Below, piece after piece: positions 12,831 to 25,500 of a stretch of 64,000 bases of DNA. A program made the translations under genes and the position numbers. The notes under the pieces are model-generated. The model was given only the letters and a program-made list of their open reading frames with translations, did not search any database and was not told where the DNA came from. Source of the stretch: Trichinella spiralis (Eukaryota); the NCBI RefSeq assembly GCF_000181795.1, contig NW_003526943.1, positions 9,780,849 to 9,844,848 on the forward strand, written 5' to 3'. Each line of letters starts with the position of its first letter. Within the stretch, counting starts at the first letter, position 1.

Positions 12831-14067
12831 TTCGTCCAACAACGTAATGAGGAAATGCTACTGCCAATGAATGACTTAAGACGTATAAACAACGTTTATG
12901 CTAGAAAGCAAGGATAACTTTTACAACATAAGGATAAATTCATGAGCAGTATGAATACGTTCAAGAAGTTCTTCTCGGCATTATCATACATAGCAGCTGA
13001 GCTGTTTAATTACTGCCTAATGACTTGTATGATATATTTTACTGTTTGGCTTCCCTGTTTTGTCTATTTATCATCTAGTTCTTTTTAAAGTTGTTCAATT
13101 TTATCCTTGATATTATTCCTTATTTATGGATTATTTCAATCATTGTTGTTGATGAGTAATGAAGGGTGTCTTTTTGAAAATCTCCAATAGTACAAACAAA
13201 TATTGATAATATAAAAGTCACTGGCTGATTTACTGTTTCGTTGTGTTTCCTTGGCTGATCTTCTACCACCACAATTTATATTGCTTCACCGTGGTACAAT
13301 AAAATGCATAGCAATAATAAAAACTGATCACCATAAGTATAATAACGTTGTAAACAGTTTCAAGAAAATGCATATCAAAGAAGCCGAAATATATATTGAA
13401 GGTGCTTTTCTGAATTTGGAATGGATTAGCAAAGAAAGTTAGGATTTTTAGTAATAATTATAAAAATTATTGCAAGTATTCGAATTGTTGGAACATATGT
13501 ATTAAAATCCATGGTTAAGTGAGTTATACTTCGATGACAAACTGTGAGGCATATGTGTATGTTGTGTTTCTGTAAACTTATTCTTTATGACTGACTCACT
13601 TTCACAGTGACTCACATTGCATGCGATATTTAAAGTAGAGAAGCATTGTTTGTCAGTGTTTGACAAATAGATGAGGAGAAATAATCATTGTTGACATACT
13701 TGCTTACCTTGCACATTATATTTCAAATGTAATTTCAAATTTATAATTGCATATGTTTTAGCAAAATAAGGATAATTAGCTATTTAGTATTATAAAGCTA
13801 TTTATTTTAGCTATACATTTATAATTAGCCATTTATTTTATTTTGAAAACCTTTTTATTATAAATTTGTTCTTAAAAAGTGAAATTATGTATGACAGCAT
13901 ATAAGCCAAATATTTTAATAATTTATAATTTTATTTAATTTAACCTTTAATTGAACACTTTAAATAATACATAAAATAATAATAATAATTAATTTCTTAA
14001 ACAGTATTTTAAAATAATATGAATATAAAGCCATATTAATCAGTCAGAGGCATGAAATAAGCTGCAG

Positions 14068-15087
14068 TTAATTTTCTGGGTCATTTTCTTCTACTACATC
14101 GTTCTGTTCTTCGATCTGACTTTGATATGGATTTATTATTTGTCTTTGCGGCTGCTGAACAGTGTGCTTGTAATCTTCGCCACCTTCTTCCCAGTCATAT
14201 GGTGCTTCCATACTATAGCCTTTCATTTCCATAACTTTATCATACTGTTGAATAAACCAATCATAATCAGGCACGTCTTCATATTTCAACTTGCAAAGTT
14301 CATTATGAACAGCATATATTTCTTTTGGAAGATTTCCTATTAGCGTACGTTGCTTAACAGCCAACTTGAGCTCTGCCAGTTGCTTGAAGTTACCACTTCG
14401 TGACCAAGGAAGGTTACCGTAATAAAATTCAATTAACATATAAAAAGTACTGTAAAGATCATCATGGCGCCCTTGCTCTTTATTCAGATGAACATTGGGT
14501 GATGCGTATTTAGGGGTACCACGGAACCCACAACGTTTACGCTTTTTCCTAAGTGTTCCAGTCTTTGGGTTGATTATTTCTCGCGCCATGCCATAATCCA
14601 ACAGGTAAACAGTCCGACTGTTCTCTGGATCTCTTCCTAATGCAAAATTTCCAGGCTTTACATCTCTGTGAATAAAGCCAATAGAATGCAAATCTCTGAG
14701 GGCTTCTGTGCACTGACGAACTATGCGCAAGGTGGTGCTCAAAGTGATTCTTCCTTCTGGACAAGCTTTTCTTAGGTCTGATAAATTTTCACCAGCTAGT
14801 TGCATTATCAAATAGCGATTCTCCTCTTGAATACCGGCAGCTTGGAAAGCCAATGAATGTGGCATTCCTTGCATTCTTTGTAGAACATATGTTTCTAATT
14901 TCATGAATGGAGTTTGTAAACCTGCAGGCTCGACCTTCATAGCTAGCTTCTTTCCTTTTCTTTTGTCTTCTACCATGTAAACAGCTCCAAACGCCCCAGC
15001 TCCAAGAGTTTGCACCACTTCAAAAATGCCACGGATGACATATCCTTTTGGAAGAGTGTGCTCTTTTCCGGCCATCTCTGAATACAC
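14068..15087 (-). CDS. Tau-tubulin kinase/CK1-family Ser/Thr kinase, intronless, about 335-339 aa
   Basis: GAGAFG, AMKVE, HRDVKPGN, LLDYG, FRGTPKYAS, EQGRHDDL, LPW, PYDWE; the first ATG is at MAGKEH. Confidence 0.93.
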   Translation of the reverse strand: MYSEMAGKEHTLPKGYVIRGIFEVVQTLGAGAFGAVYMVEDKRKGKKLAMKVEPAGLQTPFMKLETYVLQRMQGMPHSLAFQAAGIQEENRYLIMQLAGENLSDLRKACPEGRITLSTTLRIVRQCTEALRDLHSIGFIHRDVKPGNFALGRDPENSRTVYLLDYGMAREIINPKTGTLRKKRKRCGFRGTPKYASPNVHLNKEQGRHDDLYSTFYMLIEFYYGNLPWSRSGNFKQLAELKLAVKQRTLIGNLPKEIYAVHNELCKLKYEDVPDYDWFIQQYDKVMEMKGYSMEAPYDWEEGGEDYKHTVQQPQRQIINPYQSQIEEQNDVVEENDPEN

Positions 15088-15719
15088 TCGTCCTAATATT
15101 AATCACCTCAATTTATGTGAGTTTCACTGAGGGTTGTATTAACACTTTAAAAAGCTTTAAAACTTACTGTTTAAATTTAAACAATAGACTGCTTAATGTT
15201 TGCTTTAAAGTACATTGTCTCATAATAAATAAATAACAAATCACTTTTTAACATTACTTATTTATATATTTATTGAACATATTATTATTTACGTAAAGCT
15301 TAATGAATATGCATGTTAAATATGTTGTATTCAACGTTGAATCTTCAAATCTGAAAGAATATTGTATTAACAGTGTAGACTGAGATAAGATGAAAGAATA
15401 GAATATATATAATAACGTGAAAAACATGCGTTTCAACTTTGGGATTGACAATATCCCATAGTCGAAAACCGTGTACAGTGCCAAAAAGCCATCAGAAAGT
15501 CAATGTGATCCTATTAACAAAGTCAAGTTTGAACAATAAGTATAATTAAGAACATTTAGCATCTTTAACAAAACAGCCAAAAATAAATACATGAGCAGCA
15601 TTATAAAACAATTATTTTCTGCAATAGCGTAATCTGACAGATGAGGCAATGCAAAAAAGATAGAATGTTTTTTATTACAGAAATAAACAACTTTTCTTAT
15701 ACAACAGCTACAAATACAT

Positions 15720-15840
15720 AAATACACACACAGACACACAAACACAGAACCCACACACGCACGAACACACACACATAATAGGTATGTGTATGTGAGTGTG
15801 TGTAATGCATGTGTATGTATATAGATATGTATATGTATTT
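15720..15840. repeat. Low-complexity CA/TG/TA repeats in the probable LDB 3' UTR
   Basis: acacacacagacacacaaacac...tgtgtatgtgagtgtgtg; these repeats explain several spurious ORFs. Confidence 0.75.
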
Positions 15841-16223
15841 ATGCGATGAACAACTCTCTCTGTGTAGAGGTAAAAGAGCCAGTAACGTCACCAACTGAAC
15901 AAGCGCAACGACAAAAAATTGAAAGGAAAAAAGGGAAACAACATAAACGATAAAGTTCTACTGAGCGCACACAAACACGAATGTATAAATAATAAAATAA
16001 GTGAAACGACGTAAAATGAATTGTATTATAATACAAAACCGCTTATGGGCACGCAGAAAGCATGTTCTGCGAAAACAAAGAGAAAAAACGATAAGAAAAT
16101 GAATAAAAAAGAGAATACATATATATAGCACGAAACAGACACTGATTGCACTACAGGGTAAAACAAAACAAAGAAAAACTCGGCAAACAAGCAATAAAAA
16201 AACAACATCGTATGATTTCAGAT

Positions 16224-19200
16224 CTATCCAAAGGAACTGGACGTTGGGGTGCTAATTTGTGAGCTGCCGTTTCCGTTGCATACGGGTCGAGAACTGATCG
16301 GGGAGCTTAACGTCTGCTGACCATGCCCCGTGCCAGCAGCACCACCGCTCGCGTTGCCACTGCCATTCGTGAGATTTGAGCCACAGCTTAAAGCATCCGC
16401 GTCCGAGCCGGCCGATGCGTTGTTTTGCAATAGCACGTTCGGCGTCGACACTGCAGAAGGTGCTGTCCAACTTAATGGCGACTCGAAGCGTCCTAACAAA
16501 CAACGCATATATATTATATATATTCCATCCGGGGTAGGTTCACGTTGAACAACAACAACAATATTCTCACCTTGATGTTCCTGAGAGTTCGAAACAGAAC
16601 CCATGGATAACGAGTTCGGCGTCATACTCGACTGTGCCACGGCATTTCCACTACTGGATGGATCGTATTGGGTGTTTTCCAATCTCGATATCAAACGTTC
16701 ATCTTCATCCCCAAATTCACCTCCCATCATCGACGGCTCGCTGACTACCATCACATCCTGCATTCACAAAAAATGCGAACATAACTGTGTCGAATAAACG
16801 AAAAAAGAAAAGAAATTTACAACGTGGGTTGTAAGTGGAAAGTTCACTGACGATGGTGCAGGCGAAGCAGCGCTTTTCTTTTTCCCACCTCCAGCAGACC
16901 CTGAATTCGCACCGCTACTTGAACCCTTCCGCTTTCGACGTTTAGACGCCGGTCTTGGAGTTTCTTAAATAGAGAACAAAAAACGATGGATAAATGTGTT
17001 CGAATTTCAAGTTGGGCTGCTACTAACTCAATTCACCTTCCGGAGGCATCATTGGTGGATTGGCAGGAGCGGCAGTTCCTAAGATAAAGAAAAATAAGCA
17101 ATTTCAAAACCATACTAATAAATTTTTAAGTGCCCAAATTTTCAGAAGCGCAAAGCATGTATAATAATAATAATAATAATAAGTAATATCTGCAAACGAT
17201 CATACTCTGTTGTTGAACGGCAGTATGGGTTTGCCACTTGTGAAACATAAAGCTCTTTAAGCAGTCTCTAGGTGTAATATTGCACGACTTTTGCAAAGCC
17301 ATTAATTCTTGCATGGGCTCCAAAATTACGCACAGCTAAATTACAATGCATGCAATAACGTCAACCAGGCATCCTCTTATGTTCTCAGTTCAGAGCAAAG
17401 CAAACTCGCTTACCCGCAAATAATTCAAAGTTACATTAGTCAAACCTTGACGGGTTAAATTTTTAGAAAGTTGTTCCAAAACACCAGGATCTGGCTGCAA
17501 AACAAAGCAAAATCAAAACAGCACATAAGCGTACAAAATAATCATAAAAAACATGACATACAGCCACTGAAAATAAGCATCTAGGTATGTATTCATTGTG
17601 ATTTCGAATCACAAAATGCCATGTTCTTATACGAGGCATCAATTCCTCGACCATATGTCCAGGTACAGGTGAAAACGTAAATTCAAGCAATAAGCGGCCA
17701 TCCGTTTGCACCTATCAAAACAGATCAATCACATTGTGTATTTGCAACAATACCTTCGAAATCATTTTGTGTACCATACTGCTAGCACAATATTACATTA
17801 CCAAACAAATTAAATAACACCAACAAATATTATGAAAAGACTGATCCTTCACGGTTTATCATAAAAAACATATATTAACATCTCGTTCAATTTATTAATT
17901 CAATTTAATAATATAATATGCCATTTCCACTATCCTAAACTGTCTAACTTGCAAAGTAGAACATTTTAAACCTCATACTTCTAGAAACTAAAATACAGTG
18001 ACATATTATTCTTCAAATAAAAACTGCAACAATATTATTATCACTAAAATGACTAATATCACCTTTTAGCAGAATTGAACATTTTTCTATGCAAAATATC
18101 AAGTGAAAAAAAACATAAACGAACAAGCATAGTAATATAATTGATGCATAATTAATAAAGTAAACTTACATTAACCATAAACGGTTTGCAATGCTGAGTC
18201 ACCATAGAAGTGTGTTCACAATCGAGAATTACTGTATTGGTCGGCTGTTGAAATGTTTCGCGGGCACAACGCGTAATAAAATAGAGCTCAATAACACCAC
18301 CTTCAAAAATGCTCCGAAAGTAGCGTGGAATAAGGTATCGGCCAATCGCTAAACATATCATCATATATTATTGATATTTCTGATCACAGCACATAAATAT
18401 TACAATAAATAGTAAAAATAAACATTAAAAAAAAGAACCTACTGTATCGTTTCGGTCCATCTTCCAAACAAAATGATAAGCTGAGAGTAGCATCATCGTC
18501 AAAAAACTCATTCACAAAAGCATCCCACCATAGAGATGCGTTATCTGGATCCTGAAAATTTTCAATAAAAAAAGAAATTAAAAAAATACAAAGTACTTTT
18601 GGTAAAATATTAAACTGAAATGAACTAACAGAAAAAGAAAAAGAGACATAATGCAATCGAAATATGCGACTTTTAGAAAGTATCACCAACGTACGACAAA
18701 AACCGAACCATGCCAATCACTTTGCCAAATTAAATAAGAATTCATTTAAAAAAAGTGACAATTTTAACAATAGCTAACCAACAATTTTCATTCTGAGCAA
18801 TACATCATTTCAGACTCTACCAATTATAACAACAACATTAATAATAATAATAATAATAAAGTTTGAATGTCGACATTAAAATGTTAAAGAAAATCATCGC
18901 AACTGGAAAAAAACATCACTTACGTCACTTCTCTGCTGCAACCGTCGGTTCATTTCGAAGATCTTGTATTCAAGATTGAATAACGGTCCGCGATTTCTAA
19001 ATGTATACAGAAATTCATTCAGAATAAGGTAAAAAATTAAAATATATCATGATTCTTTTCTTGTACAGATAGCAGCAATGTGCCGCATCCGACGAGAAAA
19101 AGCTCAGTATATAAATACATCTCAGCATAACCAAATAAATAAATATCAATATTGGAAGTTGGAAGAAAATGCAAAACTTTCAATAATAGACTTTCTAAAA

Positions 19201-19619
19201 AATCAGCGCACCACTCAACATAGCACAACAATAATTACATTAAAAAATCAAGCATTCAAAAATAAAATGAAATAATAGTAAAACATAAATAAAAACAAGT
19301 TACAAGTCGAATTCAAAAAAAAAGAACTTTTCCCATGCAAGTTGGTTGTTAATGAACTAGTAATGCATTACCCGCCAGGTTCTGCAGTCACCGATACTGG
19401 ACCATGTGAAGGACCTTGTTGCCCTAAATGTGGAGGCGTGTGTCCTGAAGGTCCTCCCAACAAATGCGGCGCCGACACGGCCGGCTGAACCATGACATTG
19501 GGCGGCGGGCCGCTGAAAACGTTGGCCGGATTTCCGGGTGTTGCGGGGGCACTGACTGGAAGCTGCATAAACGGGCCGGAGCGTCCCTGTTGCCACGCCA
19601 CACTGAGATCTGTATCCAG
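16224..19619 (-). CDS. ldb-1: LIM domain-binding protein (LDB1/Chip), multi-exon; first exon(s) lie upstream of 19619 and are not resolved
   Basis: Dimerisation domain WWDAFVNEFFDDDATLSLSFCLEDGPKRY, IGRYLIPRYFRSIFEGGV, LEPMQELM...PRDCLK; NLS KRRKRK; LIM-interaction domain DVMVVSEPSMMGGEFGDEDERLISRLENTQYD. Confidence 0.93.
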
Positions 19620-22554
19620 CTTTTGAAAATGTTTTACTTTCTAAAACAATGTCACACACAAACTAAATATTTCAATTAACATTAGCAAACTAAATATCTC
19701 TTGCAACCGCTAAACCATGATTCATCACCATGCTTCAACAATATTTATTTAACCACTGATAACATTTTTCAAAGCAAAATAGCAAAAAAGTCGTATATGC
19801 TTTACATAAACAGTAAAATAATACATTACACAGAACATTTTTCTAACAACTAATTTAAAAAACAGTTCGTGTCAGAAAATTTGTATATTCAACAATACTT
19901 AACATTTAAGAAACAAAGTTCTAAAACAAAGCATATAGCAGCATATTCAATGCATAGTGTAAGAAGTAACCGAACCACTGATCATATACCTTGATCAGCA
20001 AAAAAATCAATAAGTATCACTAAAAAGAAAGCACAACTAACGTTGAAGGCAACAATTAAAACCAATACTTAAAAAACAGATAAATTAAAATATTCCTATT
20101 AATAACTTTTAATTACAATTAAAATTAAAATAAATATTAAAAACTAGTTGCCATAACAAAAAATAATACTTGATCATCAAAACAAATTACAGTTCATCAT
20201 TGAAGGATTTACATATTGACTTAAACTGTTCTTACTTGAAAATAGGCAGCACAACATGGAATCATTCAATACATTAATTTTTTTAAACAGTTAATCAAAA
20301 TGGCAGTATAAATAATAAAATTTGCGATTTGGTAAATAAATATTAAAAACAACACTCCAAGAACCTAAATGAGTAAACTTTCATGTCTTCAGCAATTTAC
20401 ATGTTGGAATAAAAGATTGCCTTTTTAATGCAACGTTAAACCATTTTTGAAATATAAAAGTTCATTTTCCTTCATTTACAGTTTTTAAAAATAATACATG
20501 CATTAACTTCATGTACACTTTTAAAAAATTGTTTTCCTTTTTGTTACTTTAATATTAAATGACCGTATTCAGGCCATACATATATCTGTATCTTTTAAAT
20601 GTACATCAAAAAAAGTAAAACTGTAAAGAGATATATAAAGCAACACACCCATACAAATGCAAATTAGTGAAATTACAAAACTTAACTTCCAACAAAATTT
20701 GAAAATTATAAACACAAATAAACAAAGACAAAAGCATACACATGTTCTGTAGATTAACGTCAAAACAGTTCTACGTAATAAATAAACACAGCAAAAGGAC
20801 TACAAACCACTCATTTATAGCATAATCAGCTACATATAACATTCAGTAAAGTATTATAGTATATTGTGCAGACTTCTTAAACATGTATTAAAGCAAAATA
20901 TCGTACAAAACACAAATTGTTTTAAATTGCAGCCTGCTTTGTCCATTGTTAGAAAGAGAACCGTTAGCTTCAACCAGTAAGTCGCCTGGCCAACAAGCCT
21001 CATTCATGCATTAAAATTGGCTGGCTAAATCTAAGATAATAAAGGAAATTTACTTATTCTATAAACATTCTTCAAAAATATACAAAAATTATAATACATA
21101 CATTTGAAAATGCTCTCAAAAAAAAGAAATTTCAATAATTATCTTCTGTCAACTGTCTGCAAAGCTTAATAATATATCGATCAAAACGCATAATTACAAA
21201 ACAGACGAAGCAAATCGACTAGAAGCCAAAAATTTAGAACGTACATAAAAACATATTTTGGAATGAGGTCACGGTTAAACGAATATCAGTTAATTAACAG
21301 AAAGAATATGCAATGTCACGATCTGATGTTCGCACGTTTAAAAACTGATGCTAGTTTAAAAAAATATTAAATTAACCTGTACGGCATATGATTTCTTTAC
21401 ATCTCAAAAGCACTGATATACGACAACTAATGTACGGCAAAAAATATTTACTTCCTACAAGAATTCCCAAAACGTCAAAGTAAATATCATATGAACCGGA
21501 AATAACAGGGACGGATAAAAGTTATACTACTTTTATCAAAAATAAATCAAATATAAAATAAAAATTTAAATAAAATAAGCAAAAAATGCAAGTGAATAAA
21601 AAAGAGAGTTACAATTAATAAAGCATAAATAATAAAGAAAGACGGCATTCGTTAAATAAATATTAGCCCCATCAGTAACAATTGAAAATATGAAATATTT
21701 ACAGTCAAAAATATTTGAAAATTTATGTTCCACTTACAACAGTATCTGTTTGGTATAAACGGCAATGCTAGCAAGAGTTTGAAAGCCAAATGACACGCAT
21801 CAAATAAGCATCAAGGAACAAATTATAAAACATATATTGATTGACTATGTAAGAGTAACAGTTAAAGCTACAGTACCCATGCGCGAGCAAATATATATTT
21901 AAAGATAGTCAAGATTAATCATGTATTCAATCCAGAATTTCTGTTCAAATAGTATTATAAATTTGAAAAATATTATAAAAATTATAAAAATTGACGCAAA
22001 TAATTTGAATAGCATTAATTTAATAAATTTAATGGTCCAATTCATAATTTTTTCTCATTTTTTAATTTTTAAGTAAAAGTTTTATTTATCAGTGTTTTTA
22101 TTTTTAGGCAAAAGTTTTATGATAAAGTGTTTTAAAACCGCAAAATTGATTATATAAATTCAGCTTAAGCTATATGCATAGACATTCATTTTAAATATTT
22201 GCATGAATAATAATCTGTATAAATACTGGCATTCCTTGATGACAGTTGATACGTTTTAACAGTATTCTGTTTTAACAGTAAAGAATTATTCTTTCGTTGT
22301 ATTTGAAAACGAAAAAGTCAAAATTATCATAATTTAAAGCTTACTGCCGGTAAGACGATAAACCAAAAGCCAAGTGCATAGCAACATAACAATAAACAAT
22401 GCTGTGTTATATGATGCCAATACTTTTGGAAAAGCATTTTGCATTATAATATTTTCAAGAATTTTGTATATCTTTTAAAATAAAAGATGAAAATGAATTA
22501 CATGCTTATTCCGGGGGTAAATAAGTTGGAAATAAATGCTGATTAAACCAAAAG

Positions 22555-25500
22555 TTAGGACTGCTTTGTGTAGTGTAGCATATGCACATCGCCATTCTTT
22601 GAAGTATCAGCTGCAGATGTAGTAACTGGAAAGCAACGTTTCTGTTTTCTTTTAAAATAGACGTATTCGAATAACAAAGATATCAAAGAGAAAAATATTC
22701 CAATCAAAATAACAATGAAAACACCTCCAAGGTTTGTAACTGAAATGCCTTTGGATTCGCTGTCGTGATTTGGACAATTCATTTTACGAGGGTTGTTCTT
22801 CCACCATTTTTCTTTCAGAATTTCCAGTTTTCTTTGATTTAACAATTTTAAAATTCTAAAATAAGCATAAAATTTGATTTTATAATTTGAACTTCATCAA
22901 TTTGAAATATTATTCATTAAGTATTCATGTCTAAATTATGCACTAAAAAAAAGCATTCAATTTTATGGATTTACTTTATTTCATTCTCACAGTTATAAAT
23001 CATAATTGTTTTCAACATTTTATTCCATTATGACATGTAATATACTTCAAATTTATTTTTCGATTTAAATTTCTGTGACAGTCTGCCCTAGTCAGTAAAG
23101 CATTTCTTCATAACATAAATTAAGCTAATAATCAACTAATAATGTAATAATATGATCATGAAAATTAGAATCAAACACAAAAAAGCAAAATATTAAAAGA
23201 TATAAAATCAATGCTGAATTTAAATTTAACTTGAACAGATAATAATAAAATATATAGTCATTAAATATTTTAAAGCTACATTAAAAAATCTGCAATATTT
23301 TTGAAGATCATACGTGTAAATAACAATTTAATTGCAATAAACTGGCACAGTCGCTTACAATGAACTGAACTGATCCTTCAGAGGAGAACCTTGCTGAACG
23401 GCCAATGCATATGGACGGCGACTGAATTCTTCTCCAACAACTTGCAGTCTGCAGTCTGTTATTTCAATGTATCTAAGATAGCTAGCTTCTGCTAAAATAA
23501 AAGGAAAAATAAATATTCTAAAAGAAATAATATACTACCGCAGTTTAAAGCAAGAGTTATTTTCAGCACACGCAGAGGAAGAATTAATAACAAGTCATTT
23601 AATGTAAAATTTTATAATTTGATTTATATTTAAATATTATTCTCAGTTGTAACGACAAACGATATTCATGTTGACACTTTAAGATAACAACTGATTGATT
23701 TATTGATAACTTTATCTATAAATTATTAATAATTTTATTGAATAACCACTGTAAAGTACGTTGACAGTTTTAGCCAATAAAATATTGTTTGATAACATGT
23801 GCTAAGCATTTAAGAATTCTGCATAATAATTATTTTTGCATGATTTAAAAATTTTCTGTTTTACCAATCAGTGCATAGCCATCATTTATAGATTTTGAAG
23901 CCAATACCCATTCAATTCCTTCTTCTAAATTATTCGGCAATCCAGTTTCTTGCATGTAGCGCCACATATTTGTAAAATGGTCACTAACTGGATAATCCCA
24001 CACGGCCAAATGAATTCTTTCTAATGCATTCATCGATTCATTGAGACTCATACTCTTCCATGTACTAACAGAAAAGAAGCGACATTATTAAAAAATTACA
24101 TACTGAATTAAATTTTTTGTAAAATTAAAATAAAATAAATTATTAAAAAATCTTACTCGTAAAATCGTTGTTCAATTTCAGCCATTCTTTGAAAGTATGC
24201 GGCTGCGAGAGAATCTTTAACAACCCCGTATTTGATTTTATATTGTTTTGCCAGTTGATCAATGGATGTTATTGATGATTCGATGCGTGATACGGTAAGA
24301 AATGCTGCAAGATTTGCAGTATACGATGCGATGATGATAAATCCAAAAAGCCACCATGTTGCTGCCACTATTCGTCCACTGAAATTTCTGGGAGTTTCAC
24401 CGCCACCTGTAAATATTTCAATATTTTGATAAACAACAACTCTTTCAGCAATGTAGCAATGCAATGACTTTTCAACCTTGCGGTGTTAATGAATTCATAC
24501 AAAACCAAAGACTTTCTTTGAATGTAAATTCACGTTTCTCTGGTCCATTTTTATATTTTTCTTTGTTGTTTTTGTAACTGTACGGGCTAAACCGATCAAA
24601 TAGCCACAGCAAAAAGCTCGTGAACAAAAATGATCCTATGGTACAAAGCCAAACTGGCAATTCAAGTACAGTGAGAAATTTGAAAAATGATTCATCTGAT
24701 TCTCCACGTTTGAGCAGTATAGCGTATCCAGATAGATCAAAGTGAGGAAAAGTGAAATCAATCACCATTTCACGAGAAGCAGTAACGGTCATTGATGCTA
24801 AAGCAAAATCAGCATCCTAAATAATAAGGCGATTTTTGAAGTAAAATAAATGTCTGCCAATTTTAGAAAACAAGTTTGCTGCTATTATCAACAGTGCAAA
24901 AAATTTGTAAAAATAAATTTTGCCACCCTGAATTATGTAATAATATGACAATTAAAAAAATGCAGTTCAACTACGCTTAAAAGCGTATAACTCTAATCAT
25001 TATTATAAAAATTAGTAAATAATTATGATCATATTTCAAACTATAACATTTAATTTCTGTTTTAGATAATTTTTATCTCATATTTATAATATACAAAAAT
25101 GCTTCTATATATTTAAATTGTAAATTTTTATATAATTTAAAGCAATTAAAAATCAATTTTTGAAAAAAAAATTGCAGTGAGAACTAATTTGGAAGAAAAA
25201 ATACAGAATATATACACTCAGAAAATTGGAATTTCAGCATTTCTACACAATGACGCTTACCCCTTGCAATATATTGCTCATTATTCCATTCCATCTACCA
25301 AGTTCATTTGGCCAGCCGTACAGTTTATCAGGCGCTTCATAAAGTTCATAAGAAAAATTAAGCTCTTCTTTCATCATTTCAAGTAAATCAATGCAATATC
25401 CTCGCAACGACCAATTTCCATTTTCATCTTCATACTTTTCAATAAATGGGGGTTGCTAAATGACTTTTGTTAAAGTTATTAATTTAAAGAAAAGGTTATT

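Noticed and set aside
13040..13300. Minus-strand RFSKRHPSL resembling a pogo/CENP-B helix-turn-helix
   Set aside because: Only one short motif in stop-ridden frames; insufficient support
15254..16208. Stack of Cys/Val/Phe-rich minus-strand ORFs
   Set aside because: Artefacts of low-complexity sequence in the LDB 3' region
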